From Hyphomicrobiaceae bacterium (lineage in GTDB: Bacteria; Pseudomonadota; Alphaproteobacteria; Rhizobiales; Hyphomicrobiaceae): a stretch of DNA of 64,000 nucleotides. Position 1 is the first letter of the stretch. Every line of letters begins with the position of its first letter. Where the stretch lies: the NCBI GenBank assembly GCA_965250205.1, contig CBDFNK010000010.1, positions 8,127-72,126 of the forward strand. Reading direction: 5' to 3'. Below, piece by piece: positions 59,482 to 64,000 of the stretch. The notes under the pieces were generated by a model that was not told where the DNA came from, did not search any database, and worked only from the letters and a program-made list of their open reading frames with translations. A program made the position numbers and the translations under genes.

Positions 59482-60090
59482 CTAAGGACAGCTCGATACG
59501 CAATTGTTGTCATCAAAATCAACGCACGAGCTTCGTGGGCTCAATACCGATTTGTCGGTCCACGTACTGGCGCCAATCAAATCATTGACCAAAAGCGGTT
59601 TGAAATTATAGCTCGATTCAACGACAATCACGCTTTCGCCCTTGCCGACAAGACCGGCGGTTAGGCCATAGTCCGAGCACCTACCTGGTGCTACCATGCC
59701 ATTAAAGGAAGGACGGTTGGTTGATGACGCATAGACCTTTGTATTGCTCTTATTGTCACTCGCAGCCTTGACCGGGACCACTGAGATTTTTAATTGCGCT
59801 GAATCATAAGGTGACATCACGTGCTCAACGATATCGTAGATTGCGTTGAGATTGGCGGCGGTCATGTCATCTTCACGCGCTACAAGATCACCGACCATAG
59901 ACGTTGCCAAACCGAAGCGCCGATCGATCGAGATCGCGCGGCTGATTTCAATAGTTCCAATCAGCATAATCAACATCACCGGTGCTATCAGACCAAATTC
60001 AACCGCCGCAACACCAGCAACATTTCCCTTCAGACGGCGTGCCAGGTGGCGAACCTCAACCGACTTACGGTGTAAAAATCTGGATGACAT
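59482..60090 (-). CDS. TadE/TadG-family pilus assembly (pseudopilin-like) protein
   Basis: The N-terminal AAVEFGLIAPVMLIMLIGTIEISRA matches the TadE signature. Confidence 0.85.
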   Translation of the reverse strand: MSSRFLHRKSVEVRHLARRLKGNVAGVAAVEFGLIAPVMLIMLIGTIEISRAISIDRRFGLATSMVGDLVAREDDMTAANLNAIYDIVEHVMSPYDSAQLKISVVPVKAASDNKSNTKVYASSTNRPSFNGMVAPGRCSDYGLTAGLVGKGESVIVVESSYNFKPLLVNDLIGASTWTDKSVLSPRSSCVDFDDNNCVSSCP

Positions 60091-60142
60091 AGTGCACTTC
60101 CTTGATACTTAAAACTGTGAGTTGCGATGATCTCAATGTGAT

Positions 60143-60752
60143 TTACTGGTATGGCTCGGTGCGGAAGGTCGCCACGGCTTGCACAAGAGAAGAGCCATTG
60201 GCCATATCGCCAATGGCGGCACCGAGGCCACCAAGGCCAAAGGCTTGCGTCATTTCCCATTCATAACAAGCTGTTACGAGCACGACTGCATCTGCTTGTC
60301 CTGAAGACTCTGCAAGTGGGTCAGCTCCGAGGCCCGTCTGCGGTGACAGCGCACCGCCAGTGAGGCACGGAATTGGGGTGAGGTTTGACCATTCATCCGC
60401 AGACTGGACATGAACCACCAGTTTCGCATCACAAGAGATGTAGCTACTGGCCGCCGTGCACACCATGGTACGAAATTGAGCGAGCGTTTTTGCCGCCTTT
60501 TTGCGCCTGACCGGTGCGAATTTCGCGTGCGGCAGACTCAACCGCATGCTCAAGTGCATTTTCCGTAAAGTACTTCAAGCCAACCAGCATAATGCCAAAG
60601 GCAAACAAAAAGAATGGCAACGCCACAAAGCCAAACTCAATGGCCGTCGTGCCTTTTCTATCTTTAGAAAATCCACGCAATTTGCCAGCGCCCACACGGA
60701 GGATCGCGGCTCCTCCAAACCTATTCGAAATATGCATACCTAACGGCCTCAC
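60143..60752 (-). pseudogene. TadE-like protein, frame broken in one of two adjacent A5 runs
   Basis: ORF 60444-60752 carries TTAIEFGFVALPFFLFAFGIMLVGL...REIRTGQAQKGGKN. ORF 60143-60559 continues in another frame with ...KTLAQFRTMVCTAAS...ATFRTEPYQ. Deleting one A at 60486-60490 or 60497-60501 (plus-strand T5 runs) fuses them. Confidence 0.75.
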
Positions 60753-60924
60753 CCAAAAATCCGTTCTTCTTTGATGTAAATCTAACGGATCAGCAGTGAA
60801 CGAAGAGCTAATGAAATGCTAAACCCAAAATTATGGTAAAGTACGAGTAATGAGCGTGCACACAAATCGTTCCTAAAATATGGATTAGTGCAATTGCGTA
60901 TTGTAGGTCGCATGAGTTGATCAC

Positions 60925-61068
60925 TTAGAGTGTCGAGCCTATTCTCATACCAGCGAAGCTATTTGCGCGACGCTCTATCTCATCACTCTATCCCAAGACT
61001 CTATCCCAAGACTGGCGATCAACTTATCTGCTCAAAGTCGATGCCAACTTTTCACAAGGTTGATCTAG
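60925..61068 (-). repeat. MITE-like intergenic repeat, copy D (TTAG...CTAG bounded)
   Basis: 144 bp with the same orientation as copy B. It contains two 13-nt GACTCTATCCCAA units. Confidence 0.85.
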
Positions 61069-61330
61069 GTCATCCCCACCAGTAATCGTGCCCTGCCTGA
61101 CATGCCATCGGTAACAATGAGCATTGGCACCAAGCTTCGGGTTGCAATGACCTGAAGCTAAAACAGACACGAAGCCATCGTGCCCCGCATGGCATTGCGT
61201 CTTTGCTTATATAATGAGCCGCCCGCGCGCCTTTTTCCAAATATACAGAGAAAAAGACAGTCCGCTAACGCAGCAAAATATCGCGGCGGAACATTTTGCA
61301 TGATCATTGAGTTGAGACCGCGAGGGCAGC

Positions 61331-61879
61331 CTATTGACCAGAACCGGGAGCGCCAGATGTTGAGCTGCCGGTCGCTGAGAACTTGGTCTTAGTAGATGAT
61401 TGCTTATTGATGCTGTCAAAATAAGCGATGTCGTCGCCAATCGTCAACGTTGGCGAGCAATTTGGTGTACAGCTAAAGGATTGGCGAGAGGCACCTTTAT
61501 GTACATTGATGATCCGATTTTCATCACGTTCCACCAAAACCCGCTGATCTTGGATGATGTTACGTGCTGCATCGAGCGCTATAATATTGGTCATGCCAAA
61601 GGTTTTACCTGTGACCACCAACAAATTTCCGCCTTGTATAGAGACGTCTGCAATGGATGGGTTGCCAATAATAACTTCTGAGACCGGACGTGGCAGGCGA
61701 AGCAACTGCGATTGATCATAGTAGACGATCAGATCGCTGGCGTTGGCACGTTGAGGTGCATGGGTTGCCATGGCCAGCACAGCGAACACAGAAATCATCA
61801 TCACTTTCATCAAGCGAGCAAAAGAATTTGGGTTGCTGAGCTCTGCCGACATCGCGCGTTTTCCTTCTGGAACCATCAA
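61331..61879 (-). CDS. pilus formation protein, N-terminal (T2SS/T3SS pil_N-type) domain protein
   Basis: The region LLRLPRPVSEVIIGNPSIADVSIQGGNLLVVTGKTFGMTNIIALD matches the family pattern. The exact start is uncertain. Confidence 0.8.
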   Translation of the reverse strand: MMVPEGKRAMSAELSNPNSFARLMKVMMISVFAVLAMATHAPQRANASDLIVYYDQSQLLRLPRPVSEVIIGNPSIADVSIQGGNLLVVTGKTFGMTNIIALDAARNIIQDQRVLVERDENRIINVHKGASRQSFSCTPNCSPTLTIGDDIAYFDSINKQSSTKTKFSATGSSTSGAPGSGQ

Positions 61880-62394
61880 TTCCTTCTATTTGCCCATCAA
61901 AAGGTGAACGAATTGCAAATCTAAGCGTCAAAATCGTGCAATTTGGGTCGGCGCGACGAATTTCGATGTGCCCAGGCAGATAATTTGGGTTTTCGCCGAA
62001 TGCTCGATTGTAGACTTTCAGACTATTTGGCTTGGCAAGGCGGGATCAGAGACAACGAACGTGTAGCTCAAACCAAGCAAAACGCCTGCTCTGAGATAGC
62101 TTTTTCTTAGAAAGATAATATATTAACGATCCTAAACGCCTAAAAAATATGTAAAAGCAATAAAACTTATTGATTTAATAAAATTAAACCGTAATTTATC
62201 TTGGACAATTCTATGTATAAGTGCAGTTTATTCTTTTGTTTACCATGGCGCCACAGTCCATTTACGCAGTAAGTAGCCATTTTTTACTTAGCTTTAACTT
62301 CTACCCACTAGATTGCCGACAGTTCAGAGACGGGGGCTGCCCCCTCAGAACTGGAGCATTCGTAAGCTTACATTCAATATTGGGAGAATAGAAA

Positions 62395-62565
62395 ATGAAC
62401 TTTGTATCTCGTTTCGCTAAAGATGAGTCTGGTGCAACTGCAATTGAATACGGCCTGATCGCTGCCCTCATCGGCACAGCCATCATCACCGCAGCAGGCT
62501 CGGTTGGTACCAATCTGTCCTCTACGTTCGATACCATTGCTACGGACCTTTCTTCTAAGAAGTAA
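62395..62565 (+). CDS. flp: Flp family type IVb pilin (56 aa, below the ORF-track cutoff)
   Basis: GGGAGA precedes the ATG. The product is MNFVSRFAKDESGATAIEYGLIAALIGTAIITAAGSVGTNLSSTFDTIATDLSSKK, with the Flp G/ATAIEYGLI processing motif. Confidence 0.9.
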   Translation: MNFVSRFAKDESGATAIEYGLIAALIGTAIITAAGSVGTNLSSTFDTIATDLSSKK

Positions 62566-62630
62566 CTCTAAATTTAACCAGCAAGCTGATTGAATCCGGT
62601 GTCCAGTTCTATTTTCTGGACTTACAAAAT

Positions 62631-62665
62631 AAGTCCGTCGAGCATCGCTCGACGGACTTTTTGTT
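62631..62665 (+). terminator. rho-independent terminator after flp
   Basis: AAGTCCGTCGAGC-ATC-GCTCGACGGACTT followed by TTTTG. Confidence 0.75.
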
Positions 62666-62994
62666 GAACCATTTTGGACAGCGTTGGCGTTTTAATGAGT
62701 CTTTCAGTTGATTTGACATCGAAAGATGATGAGAACGCACAGCTTGGGTGCAGACCTTCCCAGTTGTGGGACCGCAGCAAATTGGGCATCCTGGCCACTC
62801 AAAGACTCATAATTTGTTGTATGAAAAAATGGCCTGAAAGCAGCGCAATTGGATTGAGTTGCGTCTACCGTCAAGCTAAATTTTCTCAGTAAAATCATCA
62901 TCAAAGAAACCAAAGATTAAAGCTTAAGCCCCACACTAGATTTAATGAACACGGATCTGAACAGATCGACATCTGTGCACTGGGAGCATGCTTC

Positions 62995-63498
62995 TTGATA
63001 CTCGAATCGCCACTGCTGTTGATATTCCCTGCCGCAATGGCATTTGCAGCATCGATGGATCTCTTGACGATGACCATCCCCAATCGCATTTCGCTGGCCT
63101 TGCTGGTTGGATTTGTGATTGCGGCACCACTCACCGGCATGTCCTGGGAACAGTTTGGCTGGCATTTGGCTGCTTTTTTGTTGGTGCTGAGCTGCACTAT
63201 TGCCATGTTTGCACTTGGCTGGATGGGCGGTGGTGATGCCAAGCTCATTGCAGCGGCATCTTTATGGGTCGGTTTTGACAACCTGCTCCTGTTCTTGGCG
63301 CAGACTGCAACCCTCGGCGGCGTCCTTGCCGTAGCAATCCTAATCTATCGCTTTTATCCACTTGCTGTTTTACCCCTTCCTAGCTGGGCTACACGCCTGC
63401 ACCAGTCCGGCAGTGGCATTCCCTACGGTATCGCAATCGCAGGTGGCGCATTGCTGGTCTACCCGCAAACCTATTGGTTTAGCCTTATTAGCGGATAG
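62995..63498 (+). CDS. cpaA: prepilin peptidase CpaA (A24 family)
   Basis: The TTG start lies 8 nt after GGGAG. Contains DLLTMTIPN and GGGDAKL, with 5 TM segments. Confidence 0.87.
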   Translation: MILESPLLLIFPAAMAFAASMDLLTMTIPNRISLALLVGFVIAAPLTGMSWEQFGWHLAAFLLVLSCTIAMFALGWMGGGDAKLIAAASLWVGFDNLLLFLAQTATLGGVLAVAILIYRFYPLAVLPLPSWATRLHQSGSGIPYGIAIAGGALLVYPQTYWFSLISG

Positions 63499-63666
63499 CC
63501 GGTCGCGAACTTTGCGCAGAGATACAGCTCTAAGTTTGACGCCGCACTCTTTTAAAACAAAATCCATACTGTTTTGTTACACCAGTTAACTTCCCATTGA
63601 CGTTTGTCGCGCACACTGCCGTTAACAATTAGGGCATTCCCTACGGCAAAAAGGACTGATCGCGCG

Positions 63667-64000
63667 ATGAAGCGAGCACAATTAATTGGGATAGGTATTG
63701 CCGCGACGGCAGGCATTTTAGCATTCATTTTGCTGAAGGGCATGGTTGGCCAGGAAAAAATCGAAACGCGCGTTGAAGTTGAAGTTGATTCAACAGAAGT
63801 CTACGTGGCCCGCCGCGATATCTCACTTGGTGAGGTCACCAATGATGCTTTGTTTACCTGGCAGACATGGCCGAGCGATGCAGTCACGCCAAGCTACATT
63901 ACACGCGATACCGGCTCACGCCAGATTGCAAAATTTTCCGGTGCCATTGCACGCGCTCCGATCTTGGCAGGCGAGCCAATCACCAAACAAAAACTGGTTG
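63667..64000 (+). CDS. cpaB: Flp pilus assembly protein CpaB, N-terminal part (3' end outside window)
   Basis: ATG at 63667 gives MKRAQLIGIGIAATAGILAFILL...VYVARRDISLGEV...GAIARAPILAGEPITKQKLV. The frame is open to the window end. Confidence 0.85.
   Translation, partial: MKRAQLIGIGIAATAGILAFILLKGMVGQEKIETRVEVEVDSTEVYVARRDISLGEVTNDALFTWQTWPSDAVTPSYITRDTGSRQIAKFSGAIARAPILAGEPITKQKLV

Overview
This window looks like a core chromosomal segment of an alphaproteobacterium. That assignment is an inference from protein families and gene order (pyrG-secG-tpiA, ppiD-trpE, trpG-trpD, trpC-moaC-moeA, purD/xseA, lpxK-waaA, purE-purK, rpsU, a Tad/Flp pilus locus); no database was searched. Most of the window is housekeeping: pyrimidine, purine, tryptophan, thiamine, molybdopterin and heme biosynthesis, LPS core genes, several transporters and one tRNA-Gln(UUG). 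I found no phage, plasmid, CRISPR-Cas, toxin-antitoxin or obvious defence module. The unusual content is mostly non-coding or structural. (1) A family of hairpin and MITE-like intergenic repeats is bounded by CTAG/TTAG, and their ends coincide with the TAG stop codons of at least seven genes. (2) There are several unrelated short tandem arrays, including five 34-bp units fused to the CCA end of tRNA-Gln that mimic the tRNA 3' end. (3) Three genes are disrupted: lpxK, a tadE-like gene and a cold-shock gene. Each has a frameshift at a 5-nt homopolymer, and the cold-shock gene also carries a nonsense codon. (4) A DUF374 domain and WaaA are fused in one ORF. (5) An opposite-strand gene encoding a VOC domain, a coiled coil and a poly-lysine tail splits the trpGD / trpC-moaC-moeA cluster. 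(6) Lysine/arginine-rich tails recur on unrelated envelope proteins. (7) A roughly 0.9-kb structured non-coding region lies upstream of a POT transporter gene. Start codons were chosen by eye from SD motifs and family-typical N-termini and are less certain than stops.
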